A DNA stretch of 60,984 bases, counting the filler, from Dimargaris cristalligena (lineage: Eukaryota): NCBI GenBank assembly GCA_003614675.1. It is 5 parts of 5 records of this genome, joined end to end, with 100 filler letters (N's around TTAATTAATTAA, not from the genome) between each part and the next. Parts side by side here need not be neighbours in the genome. Positions count along the whole stretch, not along the records: positions 36,663 to 48,777 come from ML003054.1; positions 48,878 to 60,984 come from ML003055.1; 3 more parts are not named here. One strand, written 5' to 3'. Numbering within the stretch: position 1 is the first letter of the stretch; each line of letters opens with the position of its first letter. The position numbers and the translations under genes were made by a program. Shown here piece by piece: positions 37,325 through 49,553 of the stretch. The notes beneath the pieces are model-generated. The model did not search any database. It was not told the origin of the DNA and was given only the letters and a program-made list of their open reading frames with translations.

Positions 37325-37452
37325 AGGCTGTATAATGAACAATCCTTTTAATAAGGCAAATACTGCTGGTTGAAAATAAACATCCCATTAATCTTCCCAT
37401 ATACATATATTAGTTGAAACCTTATATAACTAAGCTGAATTTCACCCATATT
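37325..37452 (-). repeat. Family U dispersed repeat
   Basis: Aligns with 6205-6350, 11990-12123 and 24444-24515. Confidence 0.65.
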
Positions 37453-37704
37453 GGCCTTCCCATGGCCACACCTGATACCATGGGATCACCCTACATTATA
37501 TAACCCTTCCCCCTCCAGACTCTGCCTCTTTACATTAATTACTCAAGGGCTAATCTAAAGACTCTTCCAGTTACCATCAGAGTCTTCTGGATACCTATAA
37601 CTATCTAGTCAGCTTATTTACCTATCCCCATGTATATATAATTAGGCCCCATTGGGACTAGTTAGATTCTTTAGCTTATTCTTACCCCTAGTTTACCCCA
37701 ATAA
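37449..37704 (+). mobile_element. LTR family A internal fragment, inverted relative to 36815-37174
   Basis: Shares ccatgggatcaccc...gactctgcctct...aaagactctt...gttaccatcagagtctt...tagcttattc with the other copies, with an internal deletion. Confidence 0.7.
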
Positions 37705-37729
37705 CCAGACACAGTTCTGATAGTACTAA

Positions 37730-38087
37730 TGTAGTGTCACCCTTATCCAGCAATAACATGCCCCAGGACCAAATTAACCAGGGGGACAACTGTCCAGAAC
37801 CCCCACTAATGGATAAAGAAATGCCATAAATGTCACTGTGATGACACTGATCTCTGAGGTCTTTATCTCGACTAAATAAGTCCACTAGACACTAACGTCT
37901 GTATAAGATGGAATAGAACTGACTATATAAAGGGTATGCTGGTTATCTTACAAATAGTTCCTCAGTTTACTAGTGTTCCAATCGCTACTACATTCCTATA
38001 TTCCTACTTCGCTCTAACACTTAATAAAAACGCCCCCTTCCCTCGCTTATATAACATCTACACCATGCACTTCTAAAAACCACCACA
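37730..38087 (+). mobile_element. Probable solo LTR (family C)
   Basis: TGTAGTG...CACCACA near-inverted termini, TATATAAA (~37924) and AATAAA (~38023). No TSD. Confidence 0.5.
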
Positions 38088-39384
38088 GTATATAGGCTCC
38101 TGTTATCCAGGTATAATTATCGGAAATGGTGGATTGGTGGACCGAGCCAGTACACGTGATAGTCTGAACAACCGATGCCTGGGGTAAGCCAACGTTCATT
38201 AACACAACCATCTAGGCTTGGAAACAGTAGTCTGATTTTGGGTACAGGGTAATGGATAATAGCTATAGATATTACGCCGAGTTCGCGGCGGGTGGCTCCC
38301 GGAGGTTAGTCCATTTATACGAGTGGCTAGTTGCCATCAAACACCCTTGCATCTAATTGTGGTGATCGCGTAAAGGTCACGGTATTCAAATATAAGTACC
38401 GTGGATTTTAACTTACCAGCTAGTCTACAATAAAAGTAGGGTCTCATTAACGAAATTTCAATTCAAGGATGTACATTGTACAACCCTCAACTACCATGGT
38501 TCCCAAAGGGCTGTGCAGTTGCCGGCTGTTTATTTGGTTACATTGCCATGGTATTCAATGTTAAGAACGCCTTGCATAAATCCTTGGAGGCAGACTAGTG
38601 ACAGGATAAGGTTGGCAATGTATCTCTCGTTAAGTTCACGAAAATCCAGCGTAATTATGTCAATTATAGTTTCGGTTCGACTGGGCTGTGGGGTGGGTCC
38701 GGTTTTTAAGGACCTGAGGGTTTCCATAGCAATACCATTAGGCTGAGAGCGATGTCTTGAACCGGTATTTCAATTTTCGGATACTATTTTTTATATTTAA
38801 GAGCATTGATTGTCACTCGACAACCCGTCTAATTCGATGGGACTTGTACCCCTGGTCAAGACAGGCCCAGCCGGTACATTACGAAGGGCAATTCTCCCAT
38901 TTGCTCTTCTGCATGGCTTGCTGTTAGATCTACATGGCTCACAGTTTAGGAATCGGCCCATCTTTAGCAATATTAACTGACCTAATGCGCCATGTTGCCC
39001 CAATAACTCAATTAAGTTCCCCATTTCTTTGCTCGCTCCTACCTTCCCGTCTTGATGCAATACTCTCCTGCATTTAAATTTGTTTTGGTTTCTCTAGTTG
39101 CATGTCCTTTATCTAGGGGCCATTGCCGGGCACTAGTTTGCAAGATAGTATAAAGACCCCCCCTCTCGGGATACAACCTTACTTAACAACCCGTTCTCTC
39201 TTGACTTATCCATTCCTACTTCCGCTACATTCATTGGTACTCTATAACTAGGTCTCACTTAGTGCACGTATCTTCTTCTGTTTCGCATCTTTATTTCATC
39301 AGCCTCTACTAGCATCCCTTGCCGCCATTCATTGCCCATTAATAGTGTAAGCCAATTCCGTCTCATCCATAAATACTACCAGAC

Positions 39385-40338
39385 ATGGCCTTCAATGTGT
39401 TTGCTCGACTGTTCGCTCAAGTCCGCCCTACCCCAGCCATCAGGAAACTTGGTCAAAAAATCAAGGCCACTTTGAACCACCGCCAACCGACAGCTTTCGA
39501 CGAGCCGACCGGGGTGCCAACCGGGTCTAAGTTGCAGAGCAAACCCAAAGACCAGCCGCTTTCCTCCCCTTCCGCCAGTACATGGTCCTCCGTATCCACC
39601 GTCTCACCTGGCTCGCTCCTCGAGCTAAGCTTTGCGGCCTCTCCGGCCCAGTCGTTTGCAGACGAACTGGCGCTCTGTCCGGAGTTCTCGGATATTCTTA
39701 CACCCCCATCCTCCCCCGCCCACTCGGTGGCTCGGGCTAATTTGGACATCCCCGAGTGTGGGCTGAGGGCCCTGTTCCCAGAGAGCGAAAGCTCGACCGG
39801 TATTGAACCCACCCTCCAGCTTAATAGCTCGATGGGTGGCCAGTCCGTCGATGATGTCTCTCTTTATTCTGCATCATCCACCGGCGAATGTCAGGCCATT
39901 ATGCCTTCGGGGCTGGCCCCCTGCACCAATGCACCGGTGCCAGGTGGGACTTCTAGTTACGCTCCCTTCGAGATAGGGGACGAACCCTTCTTCTTGCCGG
40001 GCCCCGCCCACCTTACCCGTTACACCGTCGAAGTGGGTAGTTTTGATATTTTGCATCGACACCTGGCCAAGCAGGGCATGTTTAGGGACCCGCTCCCTTT
40101 AAAGGAACCATTCATCGATACTGCAGTTTCCCAACCCCAAGCCCCACCTCAATCCCAACCCCAACCTACTGAACTCAGGCCTACCCGTTGTGCCAACCGT
40201 CCCCGTTACCAGCGTCGGGTCACTTTTGCATCCTTTATCCCTGTTCCACGGGGCGCAACTGGCGCACTGTGCTCTGATATGGCCGAAGGCAACATCATTT
40301 CCGTGAAATGGACCCCTCCCAAGCACAATAACATTTAA
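39385..40338 (+). CDS. Hypothetical Ser/Pro-rich protein, 317 aa
   Basis: Uninterrupted ATG-TAA ORF with GC-rich codons. TATAAAG at 39149-39155 and a CT-rich leader. No recognisable domain. Confidence 0.65.
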   Translation: MAFNVFARLFAQVRPTPAIRKLGQKIKATLNHRQPTAFDEPTGVPTGSKLQSKPKDQPLSSPSASTWSSVSTVSPGSLLELSFAASPAQSFADELALCPEFSDILTPPSSPAHSVARANLDIPECGLRALFPESESSTGIEPTLQLNSSMGGQSVDDVSLYSASSTGECQAIMPSGLAPCTNAPVPGGTSSYAPFEIGDEPFFLPGPAHLTRYTVEVGSFDILHRHLAKQGMFRDPLPLKEPFIDTAVSQPQAPPQSQPQPTELRPTRCANRPRYQRRVTFASFIPVPRGATGALCSDMAEGNIISVKWTPPKHNNI

Positions 40339-41408
40339 TTCAGATCATATTCCAGTCAGTCGCTGGAGCCAACCGATTGGCCATAAACCAGTTTGCATCA
40401 TTTGTTACCCGTCCATGGTAACCTATTCCTCTTTAAGCACGATCTTTGATTGGGACAGTCAATTAATATTAATGTCATACACTACAGTATCAATTAGGTG
40501 TCACATAGCGCCCCCTCCCAATAATCATTATTTTCCTACGATTGTCAGTATTTCTCGAATCCAAATTCGCAGGTGGAACCTCCGCTAGGTAGATTAGCGC
40601 TAACCGTCCGTACTTAACAAGGTCCCTTAACATTATCATATATTTATTGCATAATAAAATCCAATAATAGTAATACACCATGGTCAACTCATCGACATCT
40701 CTACTTTGGGAGATTCGGGCGTGATAGTTGCATCAAGGCTCCAGATATTCGCCGAAAGAATAAACCGTTCGCATTCAAACATTAGAAATTCAACTCTTAA
40801 ATATCCCATTTGCTCGCCATTCATAAGCCGAGGCTGAAAAGCCGCCAAATAATTGCGTGAAGTTTACAAAAAATGGTTTTATTATAACCAGCCAACCATT
40901 TGGCAAAAAACATGACTTCTGAAGGTAACCCTGGTTTTTTGAATCGTCCAGCTTCACAGTACTGCGGTCGAGATGGACTATTTGGCACCTAGGGCCCTGT
41001 ACCATACTCCCATTAAACCAAACGTATATAACATTATGTCCATCACCGCCATTAATGAAACCACTTATTCATATTTTGCCCATAACCTGGTTTACATAAT
41101 TTCTGGCGTAAATAGATTTAAGTCGGCCCGGACACTCATACATGTCCATATAGCCTACTTTAACAGACATTACTAGGGGGTCTACCGACCCGGCTGAAGA
41201 CCTACGCTCTACTACTTATTTAAATAGGATCCAACTTTATTTTTACATTCTGTAGCTGGAACCTGGGCCGGATAGCCGGCGATAACATAATGCGAACAGT
41301 ATTAGAGATATAGATATGTAGTTTCATGGCTAGAAGGGTCAATACTGCTATCTTACAATAAAAATGATAATAATGATAATGGTACTTTGGACGAGTGGAT
41401 TTCGCAAA

Positions 41409-42920
41409 CTAAATGTTTTTCAAATCTAGGATAGTTAAGCATGATACAATCAGATACTGAAGGAATTCAGGGGAGTGGATAGTTCCCGCCACCACCTCAA
41501 TCCGGCCTCGGAAAGACCAGAGGAATTTCTTGACGTAATAGTGTGCAATTGGGGTATTGTGGATGGCGTCGTAACAGCCTAACGAGCGGTCGGACCGATT
41601 GAACTGCCAGTAATAGTCCTCGGCGAATCCGTCGGTGGGGGATAGAGTGCATCCGACGGACGGGGTCGCCAGTGGAAGGAATCCCCCGGAGGAGGCGGAG
41701 GTGGATGACGATGTGGAGGAAAGCGAGCGGAGGGGGGTCGGAAATCGATCGGACGAGGAGCCGCCCACCTGCTCAGAGCCACTTATAGCATTGGCACGGC
41801 CAGTGGCCGGATGAGGGGTCAACCCAGAGGGGGTAAGTGGCAAAATGGGGCGAAGGTCCGGGTTTAGTAGTTGCCTAGCGGTGAGGGCGGGGGGACTTCG
41901 GGGCCAGGTGAATCGGTAGCGCGTATGGCCCTTGGGGTGCGACCATTTATCCTTGGTCAGCTGGACCCAACTCACTACGGAGCCCTGGGGACAGATGAAA
42001 CTGAGCTGCCGTTGCCGCCTCCATTGCCGGGACGCCACCTCCCACAGCACCGGGCATACCCGGTGCTGATACACGAAGGCCATCGGTGGCGCAATGTGGG
42101 CTGGCCCCGATGTGGGGCCACTCGGGCAGTCCAGGTTCTTGAGTGTGAGCAGCTTATTGGGTGCCAAAAATGTACCCGGTTTACCGTGGATTCGCTTGAA
42201 ACTCTCGGTGCCTCGACCCGAATGAGTGAAGGGGGTGGGCGGCGAAAAGAGGGCTTGCTTATCACCGGGCCCTTTCTGGCCGGTTGGCTCTGATGAATAG
42301 GGAGGGTTGTGGCCACCCAAATAATCACAATGATCCAAATATTTACGACCCATCCGGTACGGTCCATGGGATTCTAGGGGCTGGGCCGGAGGGGGAAAAG
42401 TTCCTGGTGGAGCAGTCGCGGCCCTTCTCGGCAGCGAGTGTGGCGACGGTGATGGAGGAGGAGGAGCACGACGACGAGAACCCATAGTTTGGGCACGTGC
42501 CTCCGGTCCGATAGTATTATAACAGGCCTCGCTATGCTCAAAGCTAATCAATCGTGAAGTATCTTCGTCCGCGGTATGGTCCGGTCCAACCCACCAGTCG
42601 TCTTCCAACTCGGGTGCGAGTCCGCTACTATCCTTGGGAATTGGGCCAGTGCGTGACGAAAGGCGGGGCGGAATAGGTCGGGCCAAACCGGCATCAATAA
42701 GGGGCCGGGGGGGTCGTACGGGTTCCGGGGGAGAGGGGTACCCACTGGCATAGAGCGGGGGGATGCGAAGGTCTAGAAAAATGGTTCGGCTATTCTTGGG
42801 CGAGGGGCCGACCTTGACAAACAGGGGCTCATTGGTCACATCATCCACTACAGTCCGGAAACCACTGTAGGCGGACGACGCTTCGGTACGAAACACTAGG
42901 GTGTCTGAGCGTTTCAGCAT
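41409..42920 (-). CDS. Hypothetical protein, possibly tubby-C/LURP-one/DUF6593-like barrel with Pro-rich insertions, 503 aa
   Basis: First ATG at 42920. Beta-rich segments (RYRFTW...YYWQF...LGCYD...PIAHY...RGRIEV) end in a hydrophobic helix (EFLQYLIVSCLTIL). The fold call is from pattern resemblance only. Confidence 0.65.
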   Translation of the reverse strand: MLKRSDTLVFRTEASSAYSGFRTVVDDVTNEPLFVKVGPSPKNSRTIFLDLRIPPLYASGYPSPPEPVRPPRPLIDAGLARPIPPRLSSRTGPIPKDSSGLAPELEDDWWVGPDHTADEDTSRLISFEHSEACYNTIGPEARAQTMGSRRRAPPPPSPSPHSLPRRAATAPPGTFPPPAQPLESHGPYRMGRKYLDHCDYLGGHNPPYSSEPTGQKGPGDKQALFSPPTPFTHSGRGTESFKRIHGKPGTFLAPNKLLTLKNLDCPSGPTSGPAHIAPPMAFVYQHRVCPVLWEVASRQWRRQRQLSFICPQGSVVSWVQLTKDKWSHPKGHTRYRFTWPRSPPALTARQLLNPDLRPILPLTPSGLTPHPATGRANAISGSEQVGGSSSDRFPTPLRSLSSTSSSTSASSGGFLPLATPSVGCTLSPTDGFAEDYYWQFNRSDRSLGCYDAIHNTPIAHYYVKKFLWSFRGRIEVVAGTIHSPEFLQYLIVSCLTILDLKNI

Positions 42921-45900
42921 AGTTGGAAGGGAGGTAGGGGGTTCCGCGAGACGCAGGGGCAGGGTAAAATAGTAGGTGGGTGTGAATCGCCAATTCAGGA
43001 ACCGGCGGGTAGTATTCAAGGGGTAAAATCAAGAATGTAGTGGAGACAGCGGTCAAACGTTAATTTAGGCGGCAAGCTGTAACGGGTGAAAGGCAGGTAG
43101 GGGGCGCGCGTAAGTGAAGTAATATATATATATATATAAAGGGAAGACGATGGATAAAAACTGAAATAGGGAGTGGGCAGGAGAAGGGTGGCATTTATGG
43201 GCGGCACGAAATGCCCGGTTTATCACTAGGGTCGACGGGAATGCGGAGTTAGTGATTAATGAAGTCAAGAAGGAGACGGAACTAGGTCAAAGATACGCTG
43301 ATAAAGTGACCAGCCTAATGTAATATGAATTGACGTTCACTGGTGAAGGGGGAAGGCAATGGTTTATATAGTTGGTGGGAATAGGAAAGAAGTAAAAGGC
43401 CATTTTCAGAGTTAAATACCAAGGAACTGATACAATCCGGTGGTTTGGCCTCCTTTTCTATTCCAGACAAGTTTAGGGCACAGCCAGACTCAATAGAAAA
43501 GGGAAGTAAAGGGAGAGTTGGAAGAGATTCACCCCAGGCTGTGGCTTCCTTGTTCGGTGGACGGTAATGCCAACAGGCGGCGGGCACTGTGGCCCCAACT
43601 GCTCCAGGAACTCAACGGCACATTTGGCAATGAGTTACCATTGTGGGGGGGGGGGAGGGGGTAAGGGCCCCTGAAGGGGCGTATGGCCTCGTATTTTGAT
43701 ATGAGGAAACAACATTCCCAAAACACTATTGCGATATAGTTGGAGAGGCGGGGCGGTGCTAAGCAAGACTGGTGTCCCCTCTAGCAGTCAATGGCACCAT
43801 ATATAGACCCGAACTGAACCCCACCTCCCGCTCACCGTCCGAAAGTACAGCACACATGCAGTCTTGCCCTCCTTTCGAACATAATGGAAAATATTCGATA
43901 CACCAGCTAATGGTGATTAGGGTAAATGGGGAGTATGTAGACCCGTCCAATCTCAATTGTAGGCCTACTGTACTGCAACACAGTAGAGCGGGAAAAATAT
44001 CAAAGTTAAATGCATTCAAATCCCGCACTCCTCCAATATAGTGATAGAAAGGAGTAGCCACGGAAATAGAAATGGGTCGGTGAACTTGTGCAGAAGAAGG
44101 CGGAATGAATACAGTATATAGAAAATGTCGGCACAGGACCTTGCAGGAGTAATAGAAAGAGGACCTGCAATAAATTATAATACCTCCTCAGAGCTATCAT
44201 CCAGTGAAAATCATTGAAATGTTCGTATGTTCCCGCTTGCCAACCCTGGGTGCCGTTGGACATAGTATGGAGCTCGTCAACCATACTAGTGTGGGCCAGC
44301 CGAGAACGTTGGTGTAGTTGGTCCCACCTTCCCCCTATCAGATGCTCCTGTAAATTAACAGAGTATCATGAAGGAAGCGCTGCAAAGAGATGAATGTTTA
44401 TATTTTCACTTACATGCCATGGCTGCGATAATAGTTAAAACGCCTCTCAATAGACCCGGGCTTCTTGACAAATGCAGTGGTCAAAGTAGCAGCCTCTCGG
44501 ATGTAGCAATCGACTAGGTCAGGGAAACGAGCTAAAGCGGGGGGAGTGCGCCATCCAGAGAAAAACTTGGGCTATACATGTAAATATACTAAACTCGATA
44601 AAAGAAGCCTCCAGGACAGGAAATCTACTCCGAAGATAGGGAAGGGTGGCCTAAGTTATTTATAGCTTGAGAGAACCAGTGAGCTAATCCACCGTAGAAC
44701 CGTGTGGATAGCGAGTAGGGAACCTCAACGAGCCAGGCGAGAATGTAGGTCCAAAGTAGGGGTAAGCGTCAATCAAGTACCATTGGGCAATGGTACACCT
44801 GTGCAAGTATAGGCTGATCATTATAGTCCATTTTTGCGGGAATATACGGGTATACACTGAAATGGTCATTATATCCACCAAACAATAAAGAAAAATAAGC
44901 AGAGGGGAAGGCATAACCGAGACCCCAATAAGGATATATTCGTAGATGCGCTGAAGTAACAAGTTAACTAGGGGAATCAAGGAAGACTGCTTAGGCAATC
45001 GATTTTAAGCGCTGTGGATATAAATGAAAAGTCACAGGGGGGTATCACCGCATGGAAATAAGTCGCATAATCGTTGGATAGGGGCGGTTGGTTGCTGAGT
45101 GAGGAGTTCCACCGTGTTGGCCCTTCCTAGCGAGATCCCTAACAAGATCAACATTTGTGGGGGTTAGGCCTAGCCTGAACAATAGTGGGGCACAGATTCT
45201 GTCAATATCGGCCAGCAACCCTATTAAAACTTACTGGTGCACTATACCTTATGCATTAGTTAGAATAGTTTGGCCATTGGGATGGGTAAGGCCGGTTTAT
45301 CAAACTGGTGTCTGCGCATCTAAGTGGGTAAGTGGAGCCCCACGAAGGGTGGTGGGAATGGTTTTCGGCCATTCCCCATAGCCTAACGCCGGCCGTACGG
45401 TGCGGCAAGCATAGCTGATGACGGCGTGACTCGAGGGGAAGGGCGCCTGACATTATGGATGGACCTGGGAAAAAAATACCCTATACAACCTAAATTATAC
45501 CCGCCAGTTCGGAAGTACCTCGGACTGTCATTTAGAGAAGGGGTGCTTGTTTTTCCTCAAAATAATGCTAGGAGGTGGCGGCATTACCCGACTTCAAATT
45601 GTCGTTAAATAGAGAACGGCCGTATAAAACTGTACACCAACATATCCAACCATTTCAAATGGGCGTGGCAGATAGGTAAGCTGGCGAGTGATGGTAGCAT
45701 CACATCACCATTTAGGCTGAAGGATACGTGCTCAGGCAGGCCCCTGGACGTGTTTGAAATTTGGACCCCCACTGGCCCTTATTGCAAGGCATAGCACACG
45801 GTCATTTGTTAAAATTTACTAAAGAGTTTTGTATCCCGGTTTCGCTTTCACTTGTTCATCGCGAGACAGTTGGGTGGGGATCCACAACCAGTCAGCTGCT

Positions 45901-47479
45901 TGATGATGGGAGTGCCCTGTGGATGCAGAGAGCCCAATGTTTTTTTTTTCACATACCCTACTCAAGGGTAGGAACGCTAGGCATATTATTCGTGAGGGGA
46001 TTTCAAAAAAAGGAACCATCTCTCTAAGCCTCTAGCTTAGTGAATGTGTCCAGAATAACCACGGGTCCCATCGCTTTGGTTGATTGCGCATGGCGAGGCT
46101 ATATATTGAAAGTAGGGGTGGGTCGGAGAAGAGACAGAACCCGATCCCCCAGCAATTCTAGCATGGCCATATTCATCAGTCAGAGTGGGGATATAATTAA
46201 TCGGACGGTATTCTGCAGGGATACAGTTTGGTGATATATATATTACATATTGCCCTCTCCTGGATGACATCGCACCTAAACAATCAGCCTAAAATAACCA
46301 AACCGTGGTGCGTTGATTGTAATGGGATGGAAATGCCAATATAATCAGGCCATTTTTTTACATTATAGCCCGCCGTACATTCCCCATGGGGGGGTCTGTT
46401 TAAAAACAAGCAACATCATAATAACTACTGATGCAATACATAATACATATTATCGGAATTCGACTTTTCGGGAATCCCCTTTTCTGAAGGATATGGTTTT
46501 CTCAGTCAGGTGGGTTAAAAATATCCAGTCGGCTAAACACGACGGCGTGTCGGCCCCAAGCGTATTCAGAGGGTATCCGAATGATGGCATCAGAACTAAA
46601 CAACCGCTAAGTGAAGAAACACTCCGGTTGGTGAATTAAGCATCACTAAGAAGGCGAAACGGCGAGGGTAATGAAAAAAGGCCAGTTAAATTGCATCCCC
46701 CCCCCCAAGTGCCACACTGCCACATGTTGAGACGGTATATTCCAAGTGATTCTATTGGCCAAAATATATCCAATAGATATCGCCGCGGTGAGCTTAATCA
46801 TCTCCTTGCGAATCCTTCTTCCTTTTTATCTAAGCTAATGAACCTGGTATATCTGCCTCGGTATAACATATTCCGAGTTAATCCGCGGTTATCCCTTAAG
46901 GTCACGTCAAATGGGGGGAAATGCCCATCATGAAGGTGCTGAACATACTAAAGGGGTGTCGACAGACCCATTTAGATGGGAAGAAAGCAGCTAGGGAACG
47001 GTTAGTGTACTGCCATGGGCGAGGATGGTCTTCCCCTTCTATGGGACGAACTAAGCGTTTTTGCTTACCACATAATGCCTACGCACACCAAAACCTACCA
47101 CTATACACCTTAAAGTGGTTAAATGGAAACCCCATATTTAGCGATCATTGTTTTGCCCTAACTACTTCCATTTTCCGTCCGACACACTGTTCATATCTAT
47201 CTTCGTCAACTGCGTGATTCCGGACGAGTCAGCGGGTCTAAGTTTCCACATTGGTGCAAGAGAGTGACGTCGAAGTTTCCCTTATTTATGTTTTAGTTCC
47301 ATGAACGCCTCGGAGGATCTGTGGCATTCTTGTCTTCCGACTTCCATTCTTCCATATCTCTCTCTCCTTTTTCGTACATTTTTTAAAACTTAGAAGACCC
47401 AACCAGCCTTTCCCCTTGTGGTTTTATGGTTGCTAGTCCATTTGAGGACACAGTCCAAAAGTCTCAGTACACGTTTTAG

Positions 47480-48777
47480 CTCATGCTTTCATATATATAT
47501 GTATAATCCCAGCCAGCCCTTAAAACAGGGAAGTTACTTCCAAGATAAGTTATCATTGAGATAAGTTTTTCAAGAATAAATATTTATTTTAACTTCACCC
47601 AGCATTTTACCCAGTATCAGCTGAGGACTTCAACTGGAAGTCAATTTTTTTTGTTTTTTTGTTTTCTTATTTTCTTATTTTTATTACTTTATCTTTTAGT
47701 ACATAGCTACTGTGGCTCCTCCAGCACCTAACTCTGATAATGGGAGTCTAGGATTAAATAATATGTAACATTTTCCACTGTACCCCAGTTTGACCTCTAA
47801 TAACAGTTCCGAGCAAATCCAACTAGCTAAAGGACCATTTCCTGAGTTCTCTATGTTCCACCCAGGCCCTGACCCCTTGAAACTGACACCTGGTGGACCT
47901 TCCAGCCCAGGGGAGGGCGGGGAAACCAGCCCCAGCCCTAATCCCAGAATGGGGGTACCTCAAAACACTGGCACAACAGTTAGTGCCTCTATGTGGTTAA
48001 TTTTACTGGATAGTGTAGTCAGCAAAGGTTGACTTATGTAGCTAAAATGAGGACATAGAGTAACTGAATAAATTAACATAATTGGTCAGAAATGTGGTGA
48101 ATTATAGACCCACTGGGACAATTTTTCAATATGGAATAGGTTTACAGTATCCCAACTAATATCATATTGGGTCAGAGTTGAACATGGTAAAATGATTTGT
48201 ACTACAGAAATGGGTGTAACCAGAGGGTATCCCAAAAAGGGTATCTGCCTTAGACTCCAGTTTGATGGGGGAGAAGCAGGGGGCTACCTATCATTACATC
48301 ATGACCATGACAATAGCCATCACCTACTCCAGCATTGGCAATGGAAGCCAAATAGCAGCTATTGATCAGTGTGGATGGATTTCAGCTATTATAGATATAT
48401 GGGGTGTTGGACACTTTGGAAAAATCAAGTGAAGAAAAGAGTGGACATGACTACACTATCAATAGTTGAAGATACCAATTAACAGATAATGAATACAATG
48501 CTTTTTACTAAGTGTTACCCAAGTTAACTACTCTTACTCTATTAAGAGTCTTAGGAATAGGTGATAAAAGGGAAAGGTGATGATAGACTTGCTGTTCCAA
48601 GAGGTGACAGCAAGGGGGAGTATTTATACATGAAAGAGGAAGCCTAAATGAAAAGATAGATAGACAATAGAGAAAGGGAGAGAAGGTCCCAGAGGATTGG
48701 ATGGCTAAGCAAAGGGGAAGGGAGTTCCCAGATAATCATATTAGTCATCACAAAGGATAGGTAATACTCGGGTATTC
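47480..48777. mobile_element. Decayed retroelement/LTR-like region
   Basis: Almost CpG-free, TATA- and AATAAA-like motifs, a TGTAACA end at 47770, then a stop-riddled Pro-rich reading frame. Confidence 0.4.
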
Positions 48778-48877
48778 NNNNNNNNNNNNNNNNNNNNNNN
48801 NNNNNNNNNNNNNNNNNNNNNTTAATTAATTAANNNNNNNNNNNNNNNNNNNNNNNNNNNNNNNNNNNNNNNNNNNN
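48778..48877. other. Artificial contig-joining spacer
   Basis: N44-TTAATTAATTAA-N44. Confidence 0.97.
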
Positions 48878-49553
48878 GGATCTACACTCTTGGCGTTCCT
48901 ACCCTATCGGGTAAACCAGCGGCCGGGATTGTCATGGATGATGCAATAGCTTTAGCAATATAATAGGCCAGCGCCCATGTTTATCGAATTGTGAACAATC
49001 GGAGATTGAACGTATACTCCTCTTCGGCTCCAAGTAAAGTGGCGTATAAAAGGTATCGTCCGATTACCCAGGTCTCCATTTTCAAAGTCTTGGCAAACTC
49101 TCGGCTATTTATTTTTTTCCTTATATTTAAACAACCAATTGCAGTGACCATTCTAATAGTAAGGGCAGTGTTCGAATTCCGCCAAATATTACTGTTTAAA
49201 CAGATTGGGCCAAAACTATTGCACAGAGCTCCAAACACCAGTTATATTTCTTCCTTAGAGACACTATGTGCCCCTGGTAATATCCTTCCACCTGACTGGT
49301 GGAAATTAATACATGGCTTTTCCAGCTATAATAGAGATTCAAGATAACCCGTCCCAACTATATTACTGGAGTAAATTATGGGGGCTTATGGTATGGACAT
49401 CTGTATGGGGGCCCAGCCCTATGACTAAAGTGCCCCATTAACTAAGTGAGTAATTAGGGATGACTACAAATAATAAGAGCTGTGGAGCTAGGTAATATTT
49501 TGCCTGTTAAAACTTATACCAAAATAATTTATCTTTAAAATATGTTTTTGGAG
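48878..49553 (+). repeat. Left copy of an inverted repeat pair bounding contig 5 (decayed coding element)
   Basis: The first 55 nt are the exact reverse complement of 60930-60984. Diverged similarity continues (caatcggagattg, ccattttcaaag.cttggcaaactctcggctatttatt, aacagattgggccaa, actggtggaa, aacccgtcccaacta, taaaactta.accaaa). Confidence 0.85.

Noticed and set aside
43200..47400. Many short ORFs in the long intergenic region
   Set aside because: Short, mostly non-ATG, no codon bias or motifs, and no spliceable model found.
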